DNA of 64,000 bases from a virus: positions 47,238 through 111,237 of IMG/VR virus record IMGVR_UViG_3300022752_000030; one strand, written 5' to 3'. The position numbers were made by a program, and so were the translations under genes. Shown here piece by piece: positions 17,405-27,706 of this stretch (its first letter is position 1; each line of letters starts with the position of its first letter). The notes below the pieces were generated by a model. It saw only the letters and a list, made by a program, of their open reading frames with translations, did no database searches and had not been told where the DNA came from.

Positions 17405-18646
17405 TTATTTTACCAAAGTTTTAGAAATAGTTTTTGCGTATTGTTCAATCATTGGATCAGAAGAACCATTTACTGATTTCTTTTCTTCCTCAATTTGAAC
17501 TTCCTCGTTCAAAGCAGAACTATCGCCGGCTTTAACTGGAATCGTGAAATATGATTCTTTCAATGTTTCCAATTTAGCAGCAAATTCTTCCTCAGTTGAA
17601 AACTCAATACTCTCTGCGAGTGATTTCATTTTTTCTACTTGAGTCTGCGTTAGGCCTTCACAAGCTGTGTGTATAGCCTCTAATTTTTTTTGTTCGTTTA
17701 ATTCTTTTTTCAATTGAACTGAAGATTTGATTTGTTCATTTAGTGAAGATTCGAGTTCTTCTACTTTTGATGTCAATTCTTCAACAATATCAACTTTTTC
17801 TTCTGGAATGTCAATATAATGTTCAATGAATAGATCACGCATACCACGAATAAAGTCTTCTACGATTTCAGCGCGTAAACCTTTTGTGATTGCAATTTCA
17901 TTTTCTCTATACCATTCTTCAGCCATATAATTGATATAGTCGTCTAATTTTTCTGCCAAATCATTTTTGACTTCTTCAACGGCCAATTCAAATTGTTCTG
18001 TCAATTCTTGTTCTGCTTCGGCGATAACTTCTTCGGCACGTGCAATAACAGCAGATTCAAAAATTGTAGTAGCCTTAGTTACGAATTCTTCTGAAAGATT
18101 TTCACCAGAAAGAAGAGCATCGATATCTTCTTTCATTTTTTCTTTCATTTTCTTATGCATTTTTTCTTTGCGTTCGTGTGCAGCAGACTCTTTATCTTCC
18201 ATGCTTTCCATTTCTTCAATTACTTCACCGTCTTCTTCGGTTTCTTCGTAATGTTGGAAAGTAGCGCCTTTGTTCATGGACATAGTTTGAGTAGCAAGTT
18301 TTCCTGGTTTGCGATCACGCATGGAGTCCATGTCTGTTGCATCAGCTTGTATTGTAGATGCCAAATCTTTACGACCCATTGTTTCTTGTGGACCGGATAA
18401 TTTGCCACCTGGTTGTGAACCTACTGGAGGTGTAGCACCTGGAGCTTTTGCTCTCGGAACACCTTTTGTGTAATCTGGATTTTCATCGTCCATTTTAACT
18501 GGATCATGACCAATAACTCCTGCATCTTTTGTACCGTAAGCTACAGATGTTGGCAATTTAGAAGGTTTGTCTTGGCCACCTTGTTTTGCAGATACGTTAC
18601 CTTGCAAAATTTCTTTAGCGGCTTCTGTCAGATTAAATTTTCCCAT
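17405..18646 (-). CDS. gp22: Prohead core scaffolding protein
   Basis: Acidic coiled coil, KATTIFESAV, LDDYINY, LFIEHYIDIPEEK; between gp21 and gp23. Confidence 0.92.
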   Translation of the reverse strand: MGKFNLTEAAKEILQGNVSAKQGGQDKPSKLPTSVAYGTKDAGVIGHDPVKMDDENPDYTKGVPRAKAPGATPPVGSQPGGKLSGPQETMGRKDLASTIQADATDMDSMRDRKPGKLATQTMSMNKGATFQHYEETEEDGEVIEEMESMEDKESAAHERKEKMHKKMKEKMKEDIDALLSGENLSEEFVTKATTIFESAVIARAEEVIAEAEQELTEQFELAVEEVKNDLAEKLDDYINYMAEEWYRENEIAITKGLRAEIVEDFIRGMRDLFIEHYIDIPEEKVDIVEELTSKVEELESSLNEQIKSSVQLKKELNEQKKLEAIHTACEGLTQTQVEKMKSLAESIEFSTEEEFAAKLETLKESYFTIPVKAGDSSALNEEVQIEEEKKSVNGSSDPMIEQYAKTISKTLVK

Positions 18647-18674
18647 TTTGAGAATCTCCTTGATTTATATTGGA

Positions 18675-18682
18675 TATTTATA
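18675..18682 (-). promoter_or_regulatory. Late promoter TATAAATA (gp22-gp23)
   Basis: Exact consensus in intergenic DNA. Confidence 0.75.
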
Positions 18683-18683
18683 A

Positions 18684-19328
18684 TTAAAGTTTTTTGACGA
18701 AGTTTTCGAAAATGCGTAGACTTACTTCTTCAATTTCTCTACGAGAAGCTTGACGAATTTCTTGCTTTGCCTGCTCGTAATGAACTTCAGTCCATACACC
18801 ATTAACTATCATCCACTCTTTGCCCTCCATAATACCTTGCACAAATGCGTTAGGTGCAGAAGGGTCTGCTACAATATCTGCCGCTGTGGCCAGATGAAAA
18901 TCATCTTGAACTATGTTTATGCCATTGACATTCTTGAGAGAACCTAAACCTCTAGAAGAAACACCAACTTGTGCGCCTCCTTCGATAAGATTTCTAACAA
19001 TGTTTCCCATTGGCGTTTCAAGAATTTTTGCTTTGCCTATCCAATCATTTCCATTTTGATGGAGACTCATTGTCAAATGTGAAACTCTATCTAAATTGAT
19101 TGTTGGTGTGTCGGGATGTCCTAATTCACCAAAGGCACGATTTTTATTAATGTAATTTTCTGTATATCTTTCAACTTCTTTGGTCATTGTTTCTCTTAGA
19201 TACTTACGACCATTTCTATTAACCACTTCGCATTGCAAAAATGGTCCTTCTATAAAAAGAGTTTTTTTGCCGTCTTTTTCCTCGGCAATATAACTTAAAG
19301 TTTCTGTTACTTCTTTTATTAATTTCAT
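18684..19328 (-). CDS. gp21: Prohead protease
   Basis: NRNGRKY, GELGHP, GVSSRGLGS, DIVADPSAP. Confidence 0.97.
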   Translation of the reverse strand: MKLIKEVTETLSYIAEEKDGKKTLFIEGPFLQCEVVNRNGRKYLRETMTKEVERYTENYINKNRAFGELGHPDTPTINLDRVSHLTMSLHQNGNDWIGKAKILETPMGNIVRNLIEGGAQVGVSSRGLGSLKNVNGINIVQDDFHLATAADIVADPSAPNAFVQGIMEGKEWMIVNGVWTEVHYEQAKQEIRQASRREIEEVSLRIFENFVKKL

Positions 19329-19339
19329 TTTTTGCCTTA

Positions 19340-19861
19340 TTACGGTGTAATGCCGTATGGTGGGTAGTTGAATGCTGCAGGATCAGCAAATTGACCAGCG
19401 CTGTAATAAGTATTATTTTTATGCAATTCAATGATCAATGTGTATGCAGAATTTGCTGTTGTACCGACTGTTTTAATTGTAACATTTCCTGTTGGATTTA
19501 CTGCGTTGTTTGTAATGACAGGTAGTTGATATTGAGGATTTGTGTCTGATGAACCAACACCAAATGCAAAAGCGGTTTTACTATTTTGTGCAGTATTACC
19601 TTCCCATTTGATTTGTAAGTGGCCAACTTCAGCATCAACACTATAAACAATTCTAGAAATTGTGATTGCATTTGCACCAAAACCTGACGGTAAAGTATTT
19701 CCTGTTTGCCAAATATTTCCGTTGGCGTCTAAACAACCAGCCAAATATCTTGGATCAATAATAACAGTTTCAGATTCATCAGAATCATTTAAACCAATTC
19801 TTTTGATTACTGTTCTTTTAGTCGTATCAATCAAAGTTTGTGTACTATTTGCAATTGCCAT
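19340..19861 (-). CDS. Putative virion structural protein
   Basis: Located in head operon; Asn/Thr-rich beta composition. Confidence 0.6.
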   Translation of the reverse strand: MAIANSTQTLIDTTKRTVIKRIGLNDSDESETVIIDPRYLAGCLDANGNIWQTGNTLPSGFGANAITISRIVYSVDAEVGHLQIKWEGNTAQNSKTAFAFGVGSSDTNPQYQLPVITNNAVNPTGNVTIKTVGTTANSAYTLIIELHKNNTYYSAGQFADPAAFNYPPYGITP

Positions 19862-19873
19862 TTTTAAATCCTA

Positions 19874-20407
19874 TCATTTAAGATGTTTGTGAGCAAAGTC
19901 TACTACTTTACTGAAATGTTCTTTACTTTTGTGTGCCATATCTGAAATTTTTTTCTTGTTTTCATCATTTAGTTGATTGTGCATTTTTAAAACAATATTT
20001 GCAGTCTGCACATCAACCTTCATAGTTTTTCCGTCTTTAAATTTAATAGACTTTGCACTATGATTATCTACAATATTTTTCAAATGAGGAATAACACTTT
20101 CATCCATTGTTGACATTGGATACCAAGTATTTACACCATAAGGTACTGTTACATATTTATCTAATTTATCCACATAATATAAAGCAACTTTTTGACCATT
20201 TGGATATTGGCGAATAGCTTTTCTACGCATAATTAAAATTGCTGGTAAATCGTGTGGTGTTGAAAACACACTTTCCTCCAGGTCACTAATATCCAAAGAG
20301 TCTTTTAACTCTAAAGGTACTTCAACCTCATTTTTTTGTACTTCTGATTGAGGTTGAAGATTTTCTTTTTTTATTACATCACTAATGTAATCTTTAAGTG
20401 TTTTCAA
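19874..20407 (-). CDS. Hypothetical head-cluster protein
   Basis: ORF between gp67-like and gp21 region. Confidence 0.65.
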   Translation of the reverse strand: MKTLKDYISDVIKKENLQPQSEVQKNEVEVPLELKDSLDISDLEESVFSTPHDLPAILIMRRKAIRQYPNGQKVALYYVDKLDKYVTVPYGVNTWYPMSTMDESVIPHLKNIVDNHSAKSIKFKDGKTMKVDVQTANIVLKMHNQLNDENKKKISDMAHKSKEHFSKVVDFAHKHLK

Positions 20408-20570
20408 CTTCTGTTTCCTGCGGTTGAGTAATTAAACTTCTTGCAACTTCAACTTTATGATTTTCAATATGAGCCATCACTCTATCGTGAATAGCTGAAT
20501 AAAGAGCGTCACGAACTCCTTTAGCGTCATCGTTATGTGCATAATCTATAATTGCTCTTGCTTGTTCCAT
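20394..20570 (-). CDS. Small prohead core protein, gp67-like (58 aa, missed by ORF track)
   Basis: MEQARAIIDYAHNDDAKGVRDALYSAIHDRVMAHIENHKVEVARSL; SD GGAG; directly after portal. Confidence 0.75.
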   Translation of the reverse strand: MEQARAIIDYAHNDDAKGVRDALYSAIHDRVMAHIENHKVEVARSLITQPQETEVENT

Positions 20571-20591
20571 AATTTTTTCTCCAAATTAAAC

Positions 20592-20599
20592 TATTTATA
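20592..20599 (-). promoter_or_regulatory. Late promoter TATAAATA overlapping gp20 stop
   Basis: Exact consensus. Confidence 0.7.
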
Positions 20600-22232
20600 G
20601 AATTCTTTTAATCTTACTAAAAGTTCCAATTTCTTCATCTTGTTGTTCTTGGTCTTGTGTATTTTGACCAAGTTCTTGTTGCACTTGTCCCATCATTTGT
20701 TGTTGTGCAACAGAAGTGGTTACACTTGTGGGTAAACCTAAACCAATTTCTTTTTCTTCATCAATTTCTATTTGCATTTCTTTAATTTGATCATCAGTCA
20801 AACGCAATACATTTCTTTGAATCCATGCTTGTGAAAAGTATCGACCAGTGTATGGATCAACAGAACTCAACAATGACAAACGTTCTTTCATTAACTCAGC
20901 TTCTTTAAGTTCTGAGAAATTATTATCTTTAATAAAGTCGAAATAAACGTTTTCTTTAAATACTTCCCATTCATCTTCGGTACAAATACCTTTGAGTACA
21001 CATTGCACACGCAAAGCTTGGTCAAAAACATCCGAAAATTTGTTTCTTAATCTATCAACAAATTTTGAAAATTTTAATTCGTCACGGGTAACTTCAGCTA
21101 CACGACCAATCGAAAAACCTTGATTTGGTTCTAAACGAGAAATAGGAACGTTTAATGATTTATACAGTTTTCTTTCAAAATATTTAACGTCTTCCAATTC
21201 ACCTAGATTTTGTCCGCCAGGAAGTGTAGTGATTTCAGTTCCTTTACCGCCTTCTCTACGTGGTAACCAAAAATCTTCCATCATTGATAAGAATTTACGA
21301 TCATCACGAACTTCACCTGTATTTGCATCATACACAAGTTTATTTTTATACTTGACCATAATATCACGCAGATATTGTTCGGCTTTTAATTTAGGTAAGT
21401 TACCTACATCAATGTAAAAAATACGTCTTTCTGGAGCACGTGAGATTCTGTAAATTACAGTAGCATCTTCAATCATACGCAATTGATTGAGTGGTTTAAT
21501 TGCTTTATGTAAATATGATAAAACAACTGCTCTACGTGAATCCATCAATCCTGAGACAACAGATATAATCGAGTCTGTGGTGATACGAACACCTACAGGG
21601 CCGTAATTGGATGAACTTCCTGTGACAACCTTATCATTGTAAATGTAGTATTCATTAACCACATTCATAATATCAACGCCAGTACGTTCATCTTTTTTCT
21701 TTTTAATCTCACGAACTTTTCTTATTTTACGTGGATCAATATATCTTAATTCTTTAATGCCTTGTTGTGGATTATCTCTGTCAATAATAATGTGGTAATA
21801 TAATCGACCATCAACGTAGTATCTACGAAAAATGTCTTGTGCCATGTTATTATAATTCATCAAACGAAGCACGGTTTGAAATTCTTCTTTGATGGCTTTT
21901 TTGATTTTATCTGATTGTTTTAATTGATCTAAAACAATTTGAATGATTTTACCGTCATCGTCTTGGCAGATTGCTTCATTAACTATATCGTCTATCGCAG
22001 ATTCAATTTCTGGCTGCATAGCCATTTCTCGATACCTTGATATTAGTTCAACTTCGTTTTTTGCTGTACCGTCAAGATCAACATATGTGCCATAATAAGC
22101 GGCAGACGTAATAGTTAATGCGCCATCGTCTTGTGTTGGTGGCGTAAAAGATTGTTGAACAGATTGATCCTGTTCGTTCTTTTCACGGGATATTTGAAAT
22201 CCAAAAAGTGAAAATTTATTTAAAGATGCCAT
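20595..22232 (-). CDS. gp20: Portal vertex protein
   Basis: RAPERRIFYIDVGNLP, EDFWLPRREGGKGTEITTLPGG. Confidence 0.98.
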   Translation of the reverse strand: MASLNKFSLFGFQISREKNEQDQSVQQSFTPPTQDDGALTITSAAYYGTYVDLDGTAKNEVELISRYREMAMQPEIESAIDDIVNEAICQDDDGKIIQIVLDQLKQSDKIKKAIKEEFQTVLRLMNYNNMAQDIFRRYYVDGRLYYHIIIDRDNPQQGIKELRYIDPRKIRKVREIKKKKDERTGVDIMNVVNEYYIYNDKVVTGSSSNYGPVGVRITTDSIISVVSGLMDSRRAVVLSYLHKAIKPLNQLRMIEDATVIYRISRAPERRIFYIDVGNLPKLKAEQYLRDIMVKYKNKLVYDANTGEVRDDRKFLSMMEDFWLPRREGGKGTEITTLPGGQNLGELEDVKYFERKLYKSLNVPISRLEPNQGFSIGRVAEVTRDELKFSKFVDRLRNKFSDVFDQALRVQCVLKGICTEDEWEVFKENVYFDFIKDNNFSELKEAELMKERLSLLSSVDPYTGRYFSQAWIQRNVLRLTDDQIKEMQIEIDEEKEIGLGLPTSVTTSVAQQQMMGQVQQELGQNTQDQEQQDEEIGTFSKIKRIL

Positions 22233-22269
22233 ATTTTTTATACAATTCCAAAATCAAAAAGAAACATAA

Positions 22270-22293
22270 AGGAGGGTTAAAAATAACCCTCCA
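22270..22293. terminator. Hairpin terminator between gp19 and gp20
   Basis: GGAGGGTTA-AAAA-TAACCCTCC inverted repeat flanked by A/T runs. Confidence 0.7.
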
Positions 22294-22300
22294 TAAAAAA

Positions 22301-22843
22301 TCAAGAAGTGGTGTCGGTTTCCCACCATTGATACGCAAATGTGACTGAATATTCTTCAATCTCATCATTTGATGCCCAATTTAAATCAATTGGAGCTAAA
22401 TCTAATGGAAATAAACCAACAAATTTATATTTTTTCAACTCTTGTCCAGCTTTACCGTACTGTGTAACAGAAGCATCAACAGAATAACCTGTGTTATTTA
22501 CTGCTGCACCATTACGTACATTTCCTGCATGGCTGTTGATTGCGTTCATCCAAGATTCTACTGAATTTCGGATTGCAAAATCTTCATCATTGATAATGTT
22601 TAATGTCCAGTCTGAAAACGATCTGTTTCCAGCAAACTTTAATTCACGACCAAAATAATAAACAGGAACTGTTCCGATTGATGAACCTGGAAGTTGTGCC
22701 GCTTTTGCCATAAATGTTACTTTTTGACCAGCTACATTTCCGTTTGCCGCAACCGTTGGAAAAACTAGAGAAACCGAAAATAGATTGGGACGAGCGCCGT
22801 CACCAATCATATTTGCTCTAAATTCTGTTACATTGAATGCCAT
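22301..22843 (-). CDS. gp19: Tail tube protein
   Basis: GARPNLF, AAQLPGS, GRELKFAGNRSF, FAYQWW. Confidence 0.96.
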   Translation of the reverse strand: MAFNVTEFRANMIGDGARPNLFSVSLVFPTVAANGNVAGQKVTFMAKAAQLPGSSIGTVPVYYFGRELKFAGNRSFSDWTLNIINDEDFAIRNSVESWMNAINSHAGNVRNGAAVNNTGYSVDASVTQYGKAGQELKKYKFVGLFPLDLAPIDLNWASNDEIEEYSVTFAYQWWETDTTS

Positions 22844-22871
22844 TTTGTTTTCTCCTATTCGTTAGTATTTA

Positions 22872-24566
22872 TTAGAACTGACCAACGACTGTTGTGAAGT
22901 CAACACCAGTTCCAACAGCAACGAAATTCAACTGAATGAAGTTAATTGAACGAGCAGGCTTGATGTAAATATCACCAATAAATCTATTGGTATCAATAAC
23001 TTGTGGTGTGTTATTTGTTGTGTCACAAACAACTTTAAAGTCAGTAATACCACGGCGACCTTGGATATCACGTAAGAATGGAGTTACAAGAGCAACAAAT
23101 TGAGCGCGGGTAAATTCATCATTCAATTCAAACAATGAATATTGTGCAGCTCTTGAAATTGCTTTTTCTAAAATGATAAACAATCTACGTACATTAATTC
23201 TATCAAATGCGGAAGGCTTAGCTTGTAATGTTTTATCTCCAAACAATACAGTTCCTTGTCCTGGGAAAGAAACCACAGGATTTACACCAGCAGAATACAA
23301 TGCATCACGATAAGTCTTTGATGGATTCCAAGCTAACTTGATGCTATTTTTAATAGCGCCTCTGTTATAACCTGCGGGTGAGAACCATGGATCTCTTATG
23401 GTATCTGTGTATACACATAAACCAGCAATATCAGCATTTAGAGGAATCCAACGGTATACATTATTGTATTTGTCGAATTGATATTTCCAACCAGAATCAA
23501 CAACAACATATGAAGAAGAACGTGATAGTGATGTTAACCAACTATTAATATTAGTAGTTTCGTTACCAGCTTGGTTCACAACGCTTGAATATGGTGGAGA
23601 AATAAATGCAACGCAATCCATACGAGTTGTTGCAATATTATCGATTACATATTGTTGTATTGTGACACTAGCATTACCAGTCATCAACAAAGAAATATCA
23701 ACGGATTCTTTGTTTGCGAAATTTGAATATGCATTTTGTAAATTAGCGTCAGAAGGAACTTCATCGGTACCGCCAGCCAAACTAACCAATTCATTTGAGG
23801 TTAATCTTGCAAAAGTTGTATTTGCAGCAGGTTGACCCCAAGTTGAACTTGTAATCGAGTAACTTACTGGATCTACAGCATAAACGTACTTAGAGTTATT
23901 AAAAATTACTTGTTTGTAGTAATTTGTAGAACCGTTTAAAGAAGCATCACTTGCAGCTGAAACAAAAGCATATGTTTCCAAAACTGTATTTGCTGTTCCT
24001 GTGAATAAACCACCACGATCAACAATAACAATGTGCATTTCATCATTTGAACCGTTGGCAGCAGAAACGTAATCTGAAGTGCCTGGTGCGCTAGTAAAGT
24101 ATGATTTATATGTCCATGTACTAAATGTTGAGTTGTTTGCACAAACCGCAACATCAATAGAATTTCCTAAAACTCCAGGATATCTAGAAATAAAAGCGCC
24201 ATATAAATTGTTTTGACTGACATTTAAATATGAAGCTTCAAAAACATCCTCATTTGTTATCTGAACGTTTGTAGCTGATGTGTTTGCGTCAGCATTGAAT
24301 GAATTTGCACCAACAGCACGAACAATTTGAATATTGTTTCCGTAAGCTAAGAAGTTTGCAGATGTAAAGAAAGATACTGCTGAATTTGAATCGGGTTCAC
24401 CAAAAGTTTTTGTTAAGGTGATCTCACTATCAATTAATTTAAGTTTATTTGCAGGACCCCATTGAAATGTACCAGCAAAAGCACCAGCTGTAGATTGAAC
24501 TGAAGGAACTACTGTCGTTAAGTCAATTTCAGATACGTTTACGCCTGGAGAGATTTGAAATGCCAT
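22872..24566 (-). CDS. gp18: Contractile tail sheath protein
   Basis: SPGVNVSEIDLT, PWFSPAG, FDRINVRRLF, IKPARSINFI. Confidence 0.98.
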   Translation of the reverse strand: MAFQISPGVNVSEIDLTTVVPSVQSTAGAFAGTFQWGPANKLKLIDSEITLTKTFGEPDSNSAVSFFTSANFLAYGNNIQIVRAVGANSFNADANTSATNVQITNEDVFEASYLNVSQNNLYGAFISRYPGVLGNSIDVAVCANNSTFSTWTYKSYFTSAPGTSDYVSAANGSNDEMHIVIVDRGGLFTGTANTVLETYAFVSAASDASLNGSTNYYKQVIFNNSKYVYAVDPVSYSITSSTWGQPAANTTFARLTSNELVSLAGGTDEVPSDANLQNAYSNFANKESVDISLLMTGNASVTIQQYVIDNIATTRMDCVAFISPPYSSVVNQAGNETTNINSWLTSLSRSSSYVVVDSGWKYQFDKYNNVYRWIPLNADIAGLCVYTDTIRDPWFSPAGYNRGAIKNSIKLAWNPSKTYRDALYSAGVNPVVSFPGQGTVLFGDKTLQAKPSAFDRINVRRLFIILEKAISRAAQYSLFELNDEFTRAQFVALVTPFLRDIQGRRGITDFKVVCDTTNNTPQVIDTNRFIGDIYIKPARSINFIQLNFVAVGTGVDFTTVVGQF

Positions 24567-24637
24567 TTGATTCTCCTTGAATTATTATGTTATTTTGGCA
24601 ACTAAAATACCATAAAGATATTTATCAAACACTAAAT

Positions 24638-26317
24638 TTACATTCTTTGTAATGTTTTCTTAATAAAGTTTGAGTAAATTTGACCGGAGTCGGCTTTTTC
24701 CCAAACATCTCCATCATATATTTCAAAATCGTGTTCTAAACCATCCTCAATGATTGGTGCTGGTAAAGATTCTTCATCTACCTGATTCATATTTTCCAAT
24801 TGAATTTGTTTTCTCAGATCGTGATTTACAATTTCTTTGAAATATTTTTGTGTAGCAACCCAAGAAAAAATTACTAAAGTCATTACCAAATCATCATTTG
24901 CATCTTCTTCAGCAGAAAAAGAATTCTTTTGTGCAACAAAAGTTGTCAATTCCGAGTAGGTGTCAAAGTCGTTAATTAATAATTTATCACCTTCAATTAA
25001 CGTTTTTAAGTTTGAACAACCTATTTTTTTAACCTGCGGTGACATTTTGAGACCCATTTGAATGCCACGTGCAAAACCAGCGGAAAGTTGTTGAGGTTTT
25101 TTATTACCCGTAAATACTTTCCATAAGTTTTCATATTCAAAGTCTGCATGTAAAGAATCTGCAACTTGAGGATTGTTGTTAATTTCCACCAAAACATATG
25201 CATCATTATACAATTTTGCTGCATTGTAGATAATTGTCGGAAATAAAATTGGAGAAATCGATGAACTTTTATAGGTTGCCACTTGTTTATATGGCGTCTG
25301 TGAAATATCAATTACCGAAAATGCTGAACTGTCTAAATTCCTACCTTCAGAAACGTCAACGCAAATACAATATAAGTGGTCTTTTTTATTACTTTCACCA
25401 TCATCTTTAATAGGCCTCTCGTAAATCTTCATCATATCGTGTTGTGCAATAGGATCGATATAGACAATTTGTTGAAGTTTATTGCCTGAAATGAGTGTAT
25501 TTGATGAACCTAAGAATTCTGTTTCAAATTCTTGTGCAAACTGTCTTTCTGATGTGTTTCTTATTGTTTCTTCTTTCCATTCATCTGTTCTTCCTGGAAC
25601 ATTTGACCAGTGAATTTCAAAAGGAACGTAATTATTTTTTCTGTTGATTGAATCCATCCAAAGTTTATAAAACAAGTTCATACCATTTGGTGTTGAAACA
25701 ATAATGATTTTAGTTGTTTTACCAGAAGAAATAACAGGATAAACAGAGTTAAAAAACTCATTTGCGATATTTGCAGGAACGAAAGCAAATTCATCCAAGA
25801 AAACAATATTGAAAGATCCACCACGAACAGCAGAAGATGATGTTGACGCTGCAATTATTTTTGAACCATTCTCTAATTCAACATTACCTTTATTCCATGT
25901 GATCACGCCTTGTTGCAACCACATAGGTAAATTTTCATATGCAAGTTGGTATTTTGCTAGAATATCTCTAGCTAAAGAACCTTTGTTTGCTAAAACAGCA
26001 CAGTTTTGAGAATCTGTAAAAAGAGTTGCCCATAAAAGATAAGCAACAGTAGTTGTTGTTTTTCCGACCTGTCGTGGACATTTTGTAATTACAAAACGAT
26101 TATCTTTAAAAAGTTTAATCATTTTTTCTTGAAAGTCCCACATCTTAAAATTTATGAGGCCTTCATCAACGTTAACAATTTTTACATAATTTTTTGCAAA
26201 GTAAATTGGATCTTTAGAACATTTTACATATTCATCAACTTGTTCTTGTGTGTATTCAACTTGAACACCAGATCGTTTAAGTAAAGGATTATCACGGTAA
26301 GAATCTTTATTGTCCAT
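24638..26317 (-). CDS. gp17: Terminase large subunit
   Basis: PRQVGKTT, FLDEFAF, STPNG, VDVSEG, DDLVM. Confidence 0.98.
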   Translation of the reverse strand: MDNKDSYRDNPLLKRSGVQVEYTQEQVDEYVKCSKDPIYFAKNYVKIVNVDEGLINFKMWDFQEKMIKLFKDNRFVITKCPRQVGKTTTTVAYLLWATLFTDSQNCAVLANKGSLARDILAKYQLAYENLPMWLQQGVITWNKGNVELENGSKIIAASTSSSAVRGGSFNIVFLDEFAFVPANIANEFFNSVYPVISSGKTTKIIIVSTPNGMNLFYKLWMDSINRKNNYVPFEIHWSNVPGRTDEWKEETIRNTSERQFAQEFETEFLGSSNTLISGNKLQQIVYIDPIAQHDMMKIYERPIKDDGESNKKDHLYCICVDVSEGRNLDSSAFSVIDISQTPYKQVATYKSSSISPILFPTIIYNAAKLYNDAYVLVEINNNPQVADSLHADFEYENLWKVFTGNKKPQQLSAGFARGIQMGLKMSPQVKKIGCSNLKTLIEGDKLLINDFDTYSELTTFVAQKNSFSAEEDANDDLVMTLVIFSWVATQKYFKEIVNHDLRKQIQLENMNQVDEESLPAPIIEDGLEHDFEIYDGDVWEKADSGQIYSNFIKKTLQRM

Positions 26318-26726
26318 CTTTACCTTTTAATATTTTAGATAGTTCGGCAGTTGAACCTACAAAAATAGCTTTATCGATATTTGTATTGCCTTCTTTTTTA
26401 TTATTTTTGTCCATATCACGCATTTGTTTTTGTATATTCAATAACTCTTTATTAGCGTCTACCATGTTTTTAAGTAGAGTTCCATAAACTTCAAATGCTC
26501 TTGGATGTTGACCTGCCTTGGCAATTTGTAATATTTCTTCCATTGCCTCTTTACCTTGATCAATTAAATCTTGAAGATTATCTTTAGATTGTTGATATGC
26601 ATCAACCAAATCCTCTTTAAGATCAGGTTCACCAATTTCTTTTTTAACTGGAACTAATGTAGTTTCTGTTTTTGTTACAGGAGTTACATCAAATATTTTT
26701 TCCATATTCTTATCAAAAGTACTCAT
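26307..26726 (-). CDS. gp16: Terminase small subunit
   Basis: HPRAFEVYGTL, FVGSTAEL. Confidence 0.93.
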   Translation of the reverse strand: MSTFDKNMEKIFDVTPVTKTETTLVPVKKEIGEPDLKEDLVDAYQQSKDNLQDLIDQGKEAMEEILQIAKAGQHPRAFEVYGTLLKNMVDANKELLNIQKQMRDMDKNNKKEGNTNIDKAIFVGSTAELSKILKGKDGQ

Positions 26727-27706
26727 ACGTCAAATTCAGTAATAATTGTGTTAGCTACATATGGAGTTGTTGCGTTTGCGTTAGCTGGATTTGGAGTAAT
26801 ATCAATTTGAACAAACTTTTTAGGTGCCAAATTATAAGAAGTAAATTTATAATTTGCTCTTGTGTTTATTCCATAAATTGGTTGTGAAGAAACGAAATTA
26901 CCGTTAACTTGTTTGAGTTTTAAAATATTGTTCTTGAAGGATACAACTATTGCAGTTGCAGTTGATACTTTCTGTGAATAACCTTGATAAACAGATTCTC
27001 CTATTTGATATGTTCCTGTACCACTTGAAGAATTTATTATAAAATCAACCACATCATCTTCTGTAATTTCATTATAAATTGAAGTGATTGAATGTGTAAT
27101 AACATTTGCTGTAGATGATTTACCAAAAATAAAACCTTTAGCTGTAAAATTTAAAGTCCAGATAATCATTCTGGTTTCATTTTCTCTCACACCTTCATAA
27201 ATTATTTCGTGACTTGTCGAATTCAAAATAATAGGTATTTCTTTAATTATACCCATTTCTGGAATTAAATTTAATTTGATTGTATAATCTGGTGTAAAAA
27301 ATGGTACAATATGTTCGATAATTTCTGTTGCATCTTCAATATTACGAACATACAAGTACAGATTAAAATCATAATCGTAGGGTACTGGATTATACTGAGA
27401 TAAAATTCCAGTATTTGTTGATGCAAAGTTTTTTATATTTGTGTTTTGTTTTCGACTCGAATCATATTTCAAACCTGTCATTTCAAAAGAAAATCTAGGT
27501 AAAGTAGTTTGAACTTTTTTGTTTAAGTTTAAATCTTCTTCCAACCTCATCACATATCTTTCTTTTGTAGCATATGCAATAGGTACGAGAAAGCGATTAG
27601 ATTGTGTTCCGTCAGGATTATATCTAATTAAAGTGATGTTGTCGAATAAATTACCAAATCCGATAATTGTTTTTCGGATTATTCTATTATGTTCAGTTGT
27701 TGACAT
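26723..27706 (-). CDS. gp15: Tail sheath stabiliser
   Basis: GFGNLFDNI, VPIAY, LPRFSFE, EHIVPFFTP. Confidence 0.92.
   Translation of the reverse strand: MSTTEHNRIIRKTIIGFGNLFDNITLIRYNPDGTQSNRFLVPIAYATKERYVMRLEEDLNLNKKVQTTLPRFSFEMTGLKYDSSRKQNTNIKNFASTNTGILSQYNPVPYDYDFNLYLYVRNIEDATEIIEHIVPFFTPDYTIKLNLIPEMGIIKEIPIILNSTSHEIIYEGVRENETRMIIWTLNFTAKGFIFGKSSTANVITHSITSIYNEITEDDVVDFIINSSSGTGTYQIGESVYQGYSQKVSTATAIVVSFKNNILKLKQVNGNFVSSQPIYGINTRANYKFTSYNLAPKKFVQIDITPNPANANATTPYVANTIITEFDV

Noticed and set aside
16746-18947. Short overlapping ORFs inside gp23, gp22 and gp21
   Set aside because: Expected by-products of codon bias in highly expressed genes
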